Part shown: piece by piece, positions 34,178 to 44,226 of the stretch
How positions within the stretch are numbered: the first letter of the stretch is position 1
Layout: the number at the start of each line of letters is the position of its first letter
Assembly: GCA_965219575.1 (NCBI GenBank)
Contig: OZ244779.1
Coordinates: 108,769-172,768 of the forward strand
Direction: 5' to 3'
DNA length: 64,000 nucleotides
Source of the DNA: Candidatus Oxydemutatoraceae bacterium
Lineage (GTDB): Bacteria > Pseudomonadota > Gammaproteobacteria > Poriferisulfidales > Oxydemutatoraceae
The notes under the pieces: model-generated
Database searches by the model: none
Told to the model about the DNA's origin: nothing
Seen by the model: the letters and a program-made list of their open reading frames with translations, nothing else
Made by a program: the position numbers and the translations under genes

Positions 34178-36831
34178 TCACTGCCCCACCATAAATAAGG
34201 TTTTAACAGCGAGATAAAATGCATTTTCTCTTCCTCGTTCATCTTTGCCGGATTTATTTTTTCGTTGCTACTGTCGGCAAAAGTCACACTATCCGCAGTG
34301 CGCTTGCGAATTTGTTTGCCTAAGATATTGGCGAGGGATTCTGCAATATCAATATCGGGATAAAGTTGGTGTAAATCGATCTTCAGTTTGCCGTTCTTTA
34401 ACGGCTCGACGCAGTAGGCAAGTTTGTCGTCGCCGAAAAACACATATTGCCCAAACGGAGATTTGGCACTGTCCAATTCTAACTGCTTGCCATCTTTATA
34501 GCGTGAATTCCTTAGTGTCTCTTCGTATTGTTCCAGTGCGTAGTATTTGAAGCAATGGCTACTACCTTGACGAGAAACCGGCTCTCCATCCTTCCAATCT
34601 TTCGAATAAACGACTTTTTTGATGCGCGGCAATAGGACGGTATGAAAATACTCGCCCATTTCAATTAACAAGTATTTTCTATTTCCTCCGTCTTCGCGAT
34701 TTAGGTTGATTACCGCATGCGCAGTGGTGCCGGAACCGGCGAAGTAGTCTAGCACTATTGAATGAGGATTTAAGCCGATGGTCAAAGAGTCCTCAACAGT
34801 ATTTATACTCTTAGGATAAGAAAATCCTGTTTTGCTAACACCTAAGATGTTTTGTAATAGAATAGTGCCGTGAGATGAGGCGGCATAAGTAGGACCTGCC
34901 CATAAAGACTTCGGTATAGTTTTCTTTTTAAGCCTATCTTTTTCATAAACCACAAAACTTTCGCCGTTATTTTTTACAAAAATTTCGGTTTGAGCATTTT
35001 TCTGGACAAGGTCTTTACTCCATCTCCAGACCCTTTCATTTCCTGCTTTGTCGATCGGCAATATCTCTACTTCATCCTTTGATTTCCTTTCCACGGATAT
35101 TTCCCCATTTTGAATATTGTAAAAAAGCGGATAATAAAGATTAGGCCTATCTTCCCGCCTAGAGTTAGAACCGGTTCTTCTTAAAGCAACTTCTTTATAT
35201 CTGCCTAAGGCATCTTCTTTGTTATACTTTTTGAAAAGATCTTTGTCTTTTTCAACAAATTTTCCTGTTTCAAGTTCTGCTATATCTTTTGCATATAATA
35301 AACAATAGTCATGGGCTGATGCTAAATGCTTATCATCACTGCGCCCTCCCGGATTAGACATAATAGAAATATTTCCAATTAAATTCTCTATGCCAAAAAT
35401 GGATTTCAGCATTACGCCAAGATATTCCATTTCTTCATCATCTATTGCCACCTCAATCAATCCACTAGCACATAAATAACACTTAGAAAGATTTATTCTG
35501 TTTTCTACCAAAGATAGAAAAGAAGAGTGCTTGTAATTATTTTTATAATCTATCCTTGTTGCGGCCGTGTTATAAGGCGGGTCTATATAAATGCACTTTA
35601 CTCTTTCCTTATAGCGTTTCTTCAGCGTGTTCAGTGCTTGCCAATTCTCGCTATGCACCAGTTCTCCATCTAGTGCTTCGTCCAAATTTCCCAAGCAACC
35701 CAGGATTTCCAATTCCAAATCTTTGAAGTGTTTGGTGTCCAACGGTAAAAATTTATAGTCCGCGCCCACACCATTTGTATCGTCTATCCTTCCCTGCCCG
35801 TTGAATATCGTTTTTATCGAAAATGTATCGCCCACCATCCCCAGTTCGCACCATTCTTTTATTTGTGCTTTTGCGCCTTTGTGCTTAACTATCTTTTGTA
35901 GGGTCTTATCCGATAATTTATCCAGCGTCACCACATAGTTTAGGTTGCGCACAAACTTAGGCTTTTCCCATACACGGCGGAGTTCATCCTCAAACTGCGA
36001 GATAAAATCGATAACATCATAGGCGATATCCTTGACTGCCTGAAGTTGCTTTATTCTCTGCTCTTCAAAGATAGTCTCTCCCTGAAAAATATACTGATAA
36101 GCCCATAAGTCAAATTGTTCTCGCAAAAAGCCTCTCGCGTCCTTGTTAATGAAATAATCCACCTCGGTTTGCCGACGAAAAACATTCATTGCTTTTTGAA
36201 GTTCGTCCTCGGTTAAATTGATTCCTGCCTTGCGAGATTCTCTAAGAATGTCGTCTACTTTCGTTTTTCTATTCCTTCCTGAATAATCAACTTTGAGATG
36301 AATAACTCTCTCTTCTCCGCTTACCACCTTATCGAAAACAAAGATAAATTCACGCCGCTCGTTATTTCTTTTATGTTGACATTCGGTGGCATCAAAGTAA
36401 AAGTGTCTGGTGGCGTAAGACGCACTTGCATCGCCTAATTCAACCGGCATAGAACGCACCAACACATCGGATTTTACATAGTAGAGCATTTGTGTTTTCC
36501 ACGACAATGCAACATCTTGTCCGTCTTGATAAACGCGCTCATAGACCTTAGAAAATGCCGGAATATGCCTAAAGTAGATAGAACCACTTTCGCAAAAATA
36601 GCGATGAAAAAAAGTATAGAGCTTATCAAATAATTCTCCACGAGAGTGTGTCCCCCATTCTGTTCGCTGATTGATCTTTTCCATCAACTGAGGACGAATA
36701 GAGCAAAAGTAGTCCCGCTTGATTTTCATTAGATTGACAAAACCGGAGTCCCCTTCAACATTGGCACCAATAAACAAGTTTTCTAGTGCTTTCAGAAAAC
36801 GGTCTTCTTTAGGTTGTGCGGGATAGGTCAT
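34174..36831 (-). CDS. mod: Type III m6A DNA methyltransferase Mod subunit
   Basis: YIDPPYNT (motif IV), YPKS and LDYFAGSGTT (motif I) in beta-class order. Confidence 0.92.
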   Translation of the reverse strand: MTYPAQPKEDRFLKALENLFIGANVEGDSGFVNLMKIKRDYFCSIRPQLMEKINQRTEWGTHSRGELFDKLYTFFHRYFCESGSIYFRHIPAFSKVYERVYQDGQDVALSWKTQMLYYVKSDVLVRSMPVELGDASASYATRHFYFDATECQHKRNNERREFIFVFDKVVSGEERVIHLKVDYSGRNRKTKVDDILRESRKAGINLTEDELQKAMNVFRRQTEVDYFINKDARGFLREQFDLWAYQYIFQGETIFEEQRIKQLQAVKDIAYDVIDFISQFEDELRRVWEKPKFVRNLNYVVTLDKLSDKTLQKIVKHKGAKAQIKEWCELGMVGDTFSIKTIFNGQGRIDDTNGVGADYKFLPLDTKHFKDLELEILGCLGNLDEALDGELVHSENWQALNTLKKRYKERVKCIYIDPPYNTAATRIDYKNNYKHSSFLSLVENRINLSKCYLCASGLIEVAIDDEEMEYLGVMLKSIFGIENLIGNISIMSNPGGRSDDKHLASAHDYCLLYAKDIAELETGKFVEKDKDLFKKYNKEDALGRYKEVALRRTGSNSRREDRPNLYYPLFYNIQNGEISVERKSKDEVEILPIDKAGNERVWRWSKDLVQKNAQTEIFVKNNGESFVVYEKDRLKKKTIPKSLWAGPTYAASSHGTILLQNILGVSKTGFSYPKSINTVEDSLTIGLNPHSIVLDYFAGSGTTAHAVINLNREDGGNRKYLLIEMGEYFHTVLLPRIKKVVYSKDWKDGEPVSRQGSSHCFKYYALEQYEETLRNSRYKDGKQLELDSAKSPFGQYVFFGDDKLAYCVEPLKNGKLKIDLHQLYPDIDIAESLANILGKQIRKRTADSVTFADSSNEKINPAKMNEEEKMHFISLLKPYLWWGSE

Positions 36832-36992
36832 TTATATATTTGGGTTGCAATCAAATTGCTTTCAATTTATCAAGATATGACGATTCGTCGTCACATAGAT
36901 TGCGAAATTCATACTTCATTTTTCAGATTTATAGCCTAATTTTTGTCGGTCGTGCCATTCTAGCATAGAGATTTAGGATACAACCGAACTTT

Positions 36993-37006
36993 CCGACGAA
37001 CGGTAG
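36993..37006 (-). promoter_or_regulatory. AlgR/LytTR-type box upstream of mod
   Basis: Exact CCGACGAACGGTAG, as at 10872 and 12551. Confidence 0.5.
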
Positions 37007-37132
37007 TTGTGTATATAAACTATAGGAAATCAGAGCAATTTTCGGTTAATTCAAGATTGAAAAATGGATGTTCATCTGACATTATGGCTTATTTTTACCC
37101 ACAATATAATCCGAGATATATGCTTTTGTGGT

Positions 37133-37732
37133 TCAGATAGCTCCCCCAATTCCTAACCACGCAGAGAGTTGCTCTTTAGCCTCCGCAACGCCTTGTCCGC
37201 TCTGTGCGGAGAACAGCTGTGCCAATGCCCGATAATCGGTCAATGCTGCCGATGTTTTTTGCAGGCATCGTGCCGCCTCGCTGCGTTTTAGCTTGTCGGT
37301 TTTGTTCAGTAAAACATGGAAGGCAACATCATTCAGCCAGTGGATCACTTGCCAATCGTTTTGCATTAGAGGGCGGCGGGCGTCCATTACGATGACGACA
37401 CCTTGCAGGCTTTGCCGTTCGGCAAAGTATCGGGTGATGAAGGCAGACCATTTTTTTTGTTCGGATACGGCAGCGCGAGCATAGCCGTAGCCGGGTAGGT
37501 CTACGAGGCGTTTGTTCTTTATCACTTCGAAGAAGTTGATGGTTTGGGTGCGACCCGGTGTTTTGCTTGTCTTGGCAAGTTTACGGCGGGTGCAGATTGC
37601 GTTGAGCGCGCTTGATTTTCCGGAATTGGAGCGTCCGATGATGGCAACTTCGGCACCGTTATCCGGTGGGTACTGTTCGGGGCGTACCGCAGAAACGATG
37701 AATTGTGTTTGCCGGAAAGGATTGTTTTGCAT
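37133..37732 (-). CDS. engB: Ribosome biogenesis GTPase EngB/YihA
   Basis: GRSNSGKSS, SKTPGRTQ, DLPGYG and NKTD. Confidence 0.95.
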   Translation of the reverse strand: MQNNPFRQTQFIVSAVRPEQYPPDNGAEVAIIGRSNSGKSSALNAICTRRKLAKTSKTPGRTQTINFFEVIKNKRLVDLPGYGYARAAVSEQKKWSAFITRYFAERQSLQGVVIVMDARRPLMQNDWQVIHWLNDVAFHVLLNKTDKLKRSEAARCLQKTSAALTDYRALAQLFSAQSGQGVAEAKEQLSAWLGIGGAI

Positions 37733-37912
37733 TTGTCTTTATCGCCGCTTTGAATCAATGGACATGGGAAATTCTAACCGAATTTGTGGGTATATTATCT
37801 TGGGACTACCGAAAGACGAGTAGCCGGTATAAAAATAAGAGGTAGCAAGGCAATGTGTTAGCCAACAAAAACAAACCGCAAGATTGGGTTGCACCGCAAA
37901 GATATGATGCGG

Positions 37913-38167
37913 TTATTTGTCTTTATTTTTGAAGCGATCTCTGATATCTAATATTCCACTTATGAATTTTGTTGCGGCTGTTCCGACAGAAAGGACTACA
38001 AGTACACAACCCATTATCAAAAGGAAAATGTTATCTAAAAGTATGCCTAATGCAGCCATAAACATTGATATTCCGCCTATAATTAAAATAGCCAGTATTT
38101 CTACTAGACTATTATCATTTTTTATCTCTCGCTGCCGGTAATCAGCAGAAGTATTCATTTGGTTCAT
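37913..38167 (-). CDS. Small two-TM hypothetical protein
   Basis: AGGGA RBS and two hydrophobic helices. Confidence 0.55.
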   Translation of the reverse strand: MNQMNTSADYRQREIKNDNSLVEILAILIIGGISMFMAALGILLDNIFLLIMGCVLVVLSVGTAATKFISGILDIRDRFKNKDK

Positions 38168-38336
38168 AATTATCCCTTTGTTTCAATACTCTTTCCTAAA
38201 GTATAAACTATCGATATTATATCAAAAAATATTTACAAGAAGCCATTTTGAGGACAAGTTCGACTGTCCGATCTATATAGCAATGCTAAAACTCTGCACA
38301 TTGTCACGCCGGTTGACCTACCGGCTCAATCGGCAG

Positions 38337-38876
38337 TCACTGGAGCGGACCTTCCAGAAAAACTTTGCTTCGGACGAGAATAGCCGGGTTCACGGTAAAA
38401 TCCAAAGATCGCGGATTAAACATGGTGGTTAGGCCACCGGGAAATCCGCTATTGCCTACGCTCACAAGGGTAACAGTTATAGTTTTAGATGTCTCAGGAT
38501 TATTCACTCTAAATTGTACTCTCACGCTTCGTGCGCCGCTATTCATGCAGATTTGGTATCGGGGGGGGGTAAAGTTAGGAATTAACATAAAATTACCATT
38601 AGGACAGTCGTTGTTATTGGTTATGACATTGAAATTACTGATTTCGCTACCACTGACACCGGCAATGCGAATGAGTACGCCTAACTGTTGATTTTTTGCA
38701 AGTGGGGAGGTTAAAGAAATGGTGAACTGTATCGTGAGACCATTCGTTTGAGGGTTCTCTAAGTTGAGCGTCACCAAAGTTTGTGCAGAAGCTAGATTGG
38801 CAGATGCGAGCAACAAGCACAAACCAATATGCAGCAATATATGTTGCAGATATTTCATCAAGTATATATTTTTCAT
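38337..38876 (-). CDS. Secreted beta-sandwich-like protein with VFLEG C-terminal motif
   Basis: Signal peptide ending ASA-Q, Cys pair, ends VRSKVFLEGPLQ; paralogues at 57971-60625. Confidence 0.75.
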   Translation of the reverse strand: MKNIYLMKYLQHILLHIGLCLLLASANLASAQTLVTLNLENPQTNGLTIQFTISLTSPLAKNQQLGVLIRIAGVSGSEISNFNVITNNNDCPNGNFMLIPNFTPPRYQICMNSGARSVRVQFRVNNPETSKTITVTLVSVGNSGFPGGLTTMFNPRSLDFTVNPAILVRSKVFLEGPLQ

Positions 38877-38960
38877 AAAATGTCTCTTATCCGCCATTAT
38901 ACTTTGTTATGAGAAGAGTCGTAGGGGAATTGACCAACACTATACTTGTGCAGACACTTC

Positions 38961-39290
38961 GGGGGCTGTTGAAAAAGTACTGTGTTTGCACAATTGCAAC
39001 CGCTTTGCGCCACATAATTATCCAACCCACCTGTAGGGGCAGACCTGTGTGTCTGCCCTTAAGTACCGTTCTGCACGACACCAACCGCTTGCGCCGCATG
39101 GTTTTGGTTTCCATAAATTGGATGGATGAATGTATAAACATAGTACAGATACGACACAACCACCCCGTCAGGCTGCGCCTGCCACCCCTCCAAAGGAGGG
39201 GAATGTACCGTCCCCACAGTTCGTGGATACTTTTTCAACAGTCCCACTTCGGCAACCACCTCGTCGGGCTTCTCTCTCCACAGGAGGGTA
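38961..39290. repeat. Composite repeat variant
   Basis: GGGGCTGTTGAAAAAGT..TTTTTCAACAGTCCC enclosing one GTAG-REP and a CCCCTCCAAAGGAGGGG hairpin. Confidence 0.8.
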
Positions 39291-39332
39291 ATAAATCGTC
39301 GGGTGCAACGGCAGATAGTATATACTACGATT

Positions 39333-40532
39333 ATGCAAGCGTATAACTACAAAGCGTACGACAAGTCGGGAAAAATCCGCAAGGATGTACTAGAAGCCGA
39401 TTCGGAACGGCACCTCCGTCAACTGTTGCGTGAACGGGGTTTGATGCCCATAGAAGTCGCACCGGTGAGTGTAGGCCGTTCCTTATTTCAATTCAAAAGC
39501 AAGTTCAAAGGCAATAATCTCATGCTGTTGACGCGGCAACTGGCAACCTTAGTCGGTTCGGGGATGCCTCTCGAACAAAGTTTGAGGCTGATGGCGGAAC
39601 AAGCCGAGAATGTGACGATTAAGCGGCTGGTCAGTGCCATCAGAAGCCAAGTTGCAGAGGGACAATCGCTAGCGCATGCCTTAGAGAAAGCACCGGCGAT
39701 TTTCCCGTCCGACTATATTGCAACGATTTCGGCGGGCGAGGAAACCGGACACCTGGAGCAGGTGTTGGAGCGATTGGCGGATGATGTAGAACACAGTGGC
39801 AAAGCGAAGCAATCCATGATGACCGCTTTGATCTATCCGTTGCTGATGATGACCGTTGCCATCACCGTCATTATCCTGTTGCTGATTTATGTGGTTCCGC
39901 AGGTCACGCGGGTATTCGGCCAAATGGATCAAGAACTGCCCGGGCTGACGATTGCGTTATTGGCAATTAGCGATTGGTTGAAAAATTACGGGTTTTACCT
40001 GTTTGTGTTGTTGACCGGTAGTTTGGTCATTTTTTTGCTGATGCTACGAGATGCCGAAAAAAAGAAAAAATGGCACGGTTTTTTACTCAAAGTGCCGCGT
40101 TTAGGTTATTGGTTCGTCGTCGGTAATGTATCGGGGTGGGCGCGCAGTTTAGGGATGCTATTGGGTAGCGGTGTGCCGGCATTGGACTCTTTGAAAATCG
40201 CCTCGGAACGGGTTGATAATCTGGCACTCAAAAGCGACTTGGACGAAGTCGCAAACCGCGTCCGAGAAGGCGACAGCCTACACCAAGCACTACTCAAAGC
40301 CGATCGTTTCCCGCCTTTTTTGATTCATATGGTAAGTAGTGGCGAATCAAGCGGTGCCTTAGACAAAATGCTACTAAAAGTAGCCGATTATTACGACCAA
40401 CGGCTTAAGACGGTGATTGATACCGGACTCAAGCTATTTGAACCGTTGTTGGTTATAATGATGGGTGGCGTGGTGCTACTCATCGTGATGGCGGTATTAG
40501 TGCCTATAATACAGATGAACCAGTTGATATGA
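39333..40532 (+). CDS. gspF: T2SS inner membrane protein F
   Basis: TRQLATLV.SGMPL, AGEETG.L, SGESSGALD and EPLLVI.MG. Confidence 0.93.
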   Translation: MQAYNYKAYDKSGKIRKDVLEADSERHLRQLLRERGLMPIEVAPVSVGRSLFQFKSKFKGNNLMLLTRQLATLVGSGMPLEQSLRLMAEQAENVTIKRLVSAIRSQVAEGQSLAHALEKAPAIFPSDYIATISAGEETGHLEQVLERLADDVEHSGKAKQSMMTALIYPLLMMTVAITVIILLLIYVVPQVTRVFGQMDQELPGLTIALLAISDWLKNYGFYLFVLLTGSLVIFLLMLRDAEKKKKWHGFLLKVPRLGYWFVVGNVSGWARSLGMLLGSGVPALDSLKIASERVDNLALKSDLDEVANRVREGDSLHQALLKADRFPPFLIHMVSSGESSGALDKMLLKVADYYDQRLKTVIDTGLKLFEPLLVIMMGGVVLLIVMAVLVPIIQMNQLI

Positions 40533-40538
40533 GGAACA

Positions 40539-40946
40539 ATGAATAGATATAGATTATGCAGAAAAAAGCAAGCAGGTTTCACCTTGATAGAGATTATGGT
40601 CGTGGTGGTCATACTCGGCGTGTTGGCGGCATTGGTCGTTCCGTCTATTATGGAACGTCCGGAGCATGCACGACAGGTGCGCGCCAAACAAGATGTGCGC
40701 ACTTTGGTCAATGCAATCAATCTATACCGCCTGGATAATTTCGATTATCCGTCCGATTTATCCGAACTTGCATCCGGAGGTTATCTAGACAAGGTGCCGA
40801 CAGATCCATGGAACAACAATTATCAATATCGCAATCCCGGTAGCCGTAATCCCGGGAAATTCGACATCTACAGTTACGGCAAAGACGGCAGAGACGGCGG
40901 CAATGAATTTGATACAGATATCGGCAACTGGAATCTTGACCAGTAG
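40539..40946 (+). CDS. gspG: T2SS major pseudopilin G
   Basis: GFTLIEIMVV, YRLDN..YP, DPWNN.Y and SYGKDG..GG...DIGNW. Confidence 0.95.
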   Translation: MNRYRLCRKKQAGFTLIEIMVVVVILGVLAALVVPSIMERPEHARQVRAKQDVRTLVNAINLYRLDNFDYPSDLSELASGGYLDKVPTDPWNNNYQYRNPGSRNPGKFDIYSYGKDGRDGGNEFDTDIGNWNLDQ

Positions 40947-41574
40947 ACGAAGTAGCTATCACTCTCATCATCACGCAAGCGAATTAGGTTTTACTTTAAT
41001 AGAACTGCTCACCGTAGTACTAATCGTTTCTATTATCATCGGTGCGGGCATTTTATCGGTGTCGGTGGGTGATCGCGGACGGGTTCAGGAAACAATGCGC
41101 AACACGGTAAGCATGATGAATGCGATGGCCGACGAGGCGATACTCAGCGGTCGACGCTATGCGATGGCGTGGGACGAGAAAGCACACTACTTACAGCCTC
41201 TGTGCAGAAACGAAGAGCAACGAGATTGGGAATGTAGTACCACCTGTTTTCCGAACGGCTGTAATGACATAAAAGTTTCATTACAAACCGGCTGGAAACT
41301 TTTATTTCAAGATGCCGAAGGCAGCGAGTTTAGTTCGGTGAGCGAGTATGTGGAGCTCAGAGAACAAGAACAACCGGACGACGACGAGGATTTAAATCTG
41401 GACGAAGACGAGCAACAAAAAAAACCGCAATGGCGACCCCTCGTGCAATTTCATCCCACCGGTCTTTGGGAACCGAGCGGAACGATGCGCGTGGTCTTCG
41501 ATGAAAAGAAACATCTCAGCTTAAGTTGGACGGCAACCGGGCGCGTGCGTTTCGGCGAAGCAAAAGAGTATTGA
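40903..41574 (+). CDS. gspH: T2SS minor pseudopilin H
   Basis: GFTLIELL prepilin motif and operon position; exact start uncertain. Confidence 0.82.
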   Translation: MNLIQISATGILTSRRSSYHSHHHASELGFTLIELLTVVLIVSIIIGAGILSVSVGDRGRVQETMRNTVSMMNAMADEAILSGRRYAMAWDEKAHYLQPLCRNEEQRDWECSTTCFPNGCNDIKVSLQTGWKLLFQDAEGSEFSSVSEYVELREQEQPDDDEDLNLDEDEQQKKPQWRPLVQFHPTGLWEPSGTMRVVFDEKKHLSLSWTATGRVRFGEAKEY

Positions 41575-41587
41575 TGCGGTATATCTT

Positions 41588-42046
41588 ATGCGCCCTACAA
41601 GCTGCCCGAATAGCAAAAAGACGCGACATCGTCACTCCGGTTTCACTCTGATCGAGGTGTTGATTGCGGTGGTGGTGTTGGCAATCGCACTCGGCGCATC
41701 GCTCGATGCGCTCTCCAATTATTCTGCCGCCCAATCGCATTTGCGCGAGCGTTATATGGCACATTTAGTCGCATGGAATACATTGATTAATATACACAAT
41801 AATCAGAATATCGACGATCAATGCGAAAATATCGGGTCGTCCGAAGGCTACGAGGAACAGGCGGGGGCGCGCTGGAATTGGCTACAAAGCGTTGAAGTCA
41901 TTAGCGTAGTCGGCGACGGCGACAGCTCTATTATCGGCGGCGACGAGTTTGAAATACCGCCGCTGTTCTCGGTAGAAGTCTATGTGCCTAATGCCGACCC
42001 CGATCAGGTGCGTCCCAGAGCAACTTTGAGCATCATCGCCTGCTAA
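41588..42046 (+). CDS. gspI: T2SS minor pseudopilin I
   Basis: GFTLIEVLIA and EQAGARWNW; operon position. Confidence 0.87.
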   Translation: MRPTSCPNSKKTRHRHSGFTLIEVLIAVVVLAIALGASLDALSNYSAAQSHLRERYMAHLVAWNTLINIHNNQNIDDQCENIGSSEGYEEQAGARWNWLQSVEVISVVGDGDSSIIGGDEFEIPPLFSVEVYVPNADPDQVRPRATLSIIAC

Positions 42047-42049
42047 AAA

Positions 42050-42721
42050 ATGCATAAATCAATCGGCTTCACTCTAATAGAAGTACTGATTGCTATGGCG
42101 GTATTCGCGGTCATCTCGGCGATGACTTTTCAGGGTTTACAAACTTCGATGATGGTACAGCAAAAGGCGGAGGAACGCTCCGCCGAACTCAACGACATTC
42201 AACTGGTGATGACATTGCTGTTAGACGACTTTTTGAATATCACGCGCCGCCCGATATTACCGGCATTGGGTGAGGATCGTCTTCCGGCATTTCAGGAGGA
42301 GAGTAGTGAGTACACCACCGATAACAGTTACTTTTGTGAAGTTTCGTTTAGCCGTGCCGGGTTGGAACCGGGGGGATTGATACGCTCGGGGCTTCACCGA
42401 GTCGCTTATTGCCAGCAAGAAGATAAGCTCTACCGCTTGTCGTGGCCGGTTTTGGATCGGGCGCAAGATAGTCAACCGGTTGTCAGTATTTTGCTGGAAG
42501 GCGTTGTTTCCTTCGATGTGCGCCCCTATTGGAGCTTGATACGCGAACAAGATCAAAATAGCCGCGCCTACCTCGAATCGTTGCCTACCAACGAAGGAGA
42601 CGAAGGCACCGGCATAGAAGTAGAGCTCGTGCTAAGAGATCAAAACGATAACGAGCGCGCGTTTACTCGGCGTTTTCCGGGTTTGGGAGAATATCCATGG
42701 CGTTTGCTAGATGAACAATAA
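42050..42721 (+). CDS. gspJ: T2SS minor pseudopilin J
   Basis: GFTLIEVLIA, RVAY and LYRLSWPVLD. Confidence 0.9.
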   Translation: MHKSIGFTLIEVLIAMAVFAVISAMTFQGLQTSMMVQQKAEERSAELNDIQLVMTLLLDDFLNITRRPILPALGEDRLPAFQEESSEYTTDNSYFCEVSFSRAGLEPGGLIRSGLHRVAYCQQEDKLYRLSWPVLDRAQDSQPVVSILLEGVVSFDVRPYWSLIREQDQNSRAYLESLPTNEGDEGTGIEVELVLRDQNDNERAFTRRFPGLGEYPWRLLDEQ

Positions 42722-44159
42722 TCGTTATCAAGATATAATTCGTGTCGACCGCAATAGAAAAAACTCGGGTATCGCGCTGATTACCGTGATGATTGTAGTG
42801 GCTTCGGTTTCCGCAACCGCCTCGTGGTTGCTCTACGGTCAAAATCTGGATACAGCTCGTATGACTCGTGTCCTAGAGAAGGAACAAGCTGTTTTACTTG
42901 CCCTGTCGCTGGAGAAAATGGCTGCCGATATCTTGGAGGAAGATCGCTCGGAGCAAGGCGAACAAGGCTACGATTATTATGCCACTTTAGTAAACCCCGA
43001 CTGGCAGCCGAACGATGACGACGACGAATACGATGACGATGTAGAGGATATAGACGATGAGGAGAACGGCGATAGAGATGAAGACGAAGAAGAGGATGAA
43101 ACCGAAGAGGATGAAGGCGACGAAGACGAAGAAGACGAGAACGACGACGATTACTACGACAACGAAGACGAGGAGGAGAAAGAAAAACATAAAAATCAAA
43201 GCTGGTCGGACACCGATCAACTAGCGGAAAAAATAACGCCGATGATCGGCAAGTTTGAAAACTTGGGGTTGCAAGAAACCAAACTCTGCATTTACGACTT
43301 GCAGGCTATGCTCAATGTCAATAACATGCTACTCGGTGGACAAGTGACCCGTATACAAGGTGTCAACAAAGTCGATAACAGTTATTTCGATACCGAGGAG
43401 AATCCACCGGCTCGGGCCGACTGGTATGCGCAGCGTTTTAGAGAATTGTATTCCAGAAAGGATATAGATTTGGACGACAGCGATGTCGGCGAGTTTTTGG
43501 ACAACTTGCGAGACTGGTTGGACTATAACGACGATTACAGACCTAGAGGAGCCGAGAGCTCCGACTATAGTTTCGAAAAGCCCTCTTACCGCACAGCCAA
43601 CGGACCTATCGCTTCCATACAGGAGCTCTATCTTATTAAAGTGTTCAAAGAGTTTCCACTGAAAAGTAGCGGACACCCCGACGACGGTGATTTTGAATTG
43701 GGGATGGACGATATATTGGCTTATCTCGTCGCACTACCCACCGATGCACCCAACGGCAAACGGATTAATATCAATAATGCACCTATTGCCGTGCTTGCAA
43801 CGCTACCTTATATAGGCAGTGACAACGCACAAGAACTTTATAGAGATATACGAAAAGCACCGCTGAGAAATAGAAAAGCTATAAACAACCTCTTAAAGCC
43901 TTATATAGAAAACGATAAAAAACGGCAATGGTATAAGGAATACTTGGACGTACAAAGCCGATTTTTTGCCTCCTATATAGAATTGAGCATAGGACAAGGC
44001 AACAGTCGGACGACGACGCGCATGCACAGTTTGTTTTACCGTGAGGCGTTGGATGCACCCTACAAGGTTTATGTGCTTGAACGGCATTATATAGGGTACA
44101 ATCCCTACGAGATTATGGAAAGAGCAATGTCCCTAAATAATAATTGTTATGACAGTTAG
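42711..44159 (+). CDS. gspK: T2SS minor pseudopilin K with a long acidic insertion
   Basis: GIALITV, DLQAMLNVN, DWLD..D, GAE..DY and ININNAP; D/E-rich insert at about 43011-43190. Confidence 0.88.
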   Translation: MNNNRYQDIIRVDRNRKNSGIALITVMIVVASVSATASWLLYGQNLDTARMTRVLEKEQAVLLALSLEKMAADILEEDRSEQGEQGYDYYATLVNPDWQPNDDDDEYDDDVEDIDDEENGDRDEDEEEDETEEDEGDEDEEDENDDDYYDNEDEEEKEKHKNQSWSDTDQLAEKITPMIGKFENLGLQETKLCIYDLQAMLNVNNMLLGGQVTRIQGVNKVDNSYFDTEENPPARADWYAQRFRELYSRKDIDLDDSDVGEFLDNLRDWLDYNDDYRPRGAESSDYSFEKPSYRTANGPIASIQELYLIKVFKEFPLKSSGHPDDGDFELGMDDILAYLVALPTDAPNGKRININNAPIAVLATLPYIGSDNAQELYRDIRKAPLRNRKAINNLLKPYIENDKKRQWYKEYLDVQSRFFASYIELSIGQGNSRTTTRMHSLFYREALDAPYKVYVLERHYIGYNPYEIMERAMSLNNNCYDS

Positions 44160-44226
44160 AACTTATAGTTATTAATCTATTTAGGACTATCTTTAAGAGA
44201 ATTGACCAAAAAACTTCACCAAAGCA

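Noticed and set aside
34174-36831. Phase-variable mod (phasevarion)
   Set aside because: No simple-sequence repeat tract was seen in the coding region, and the ORF is intact.
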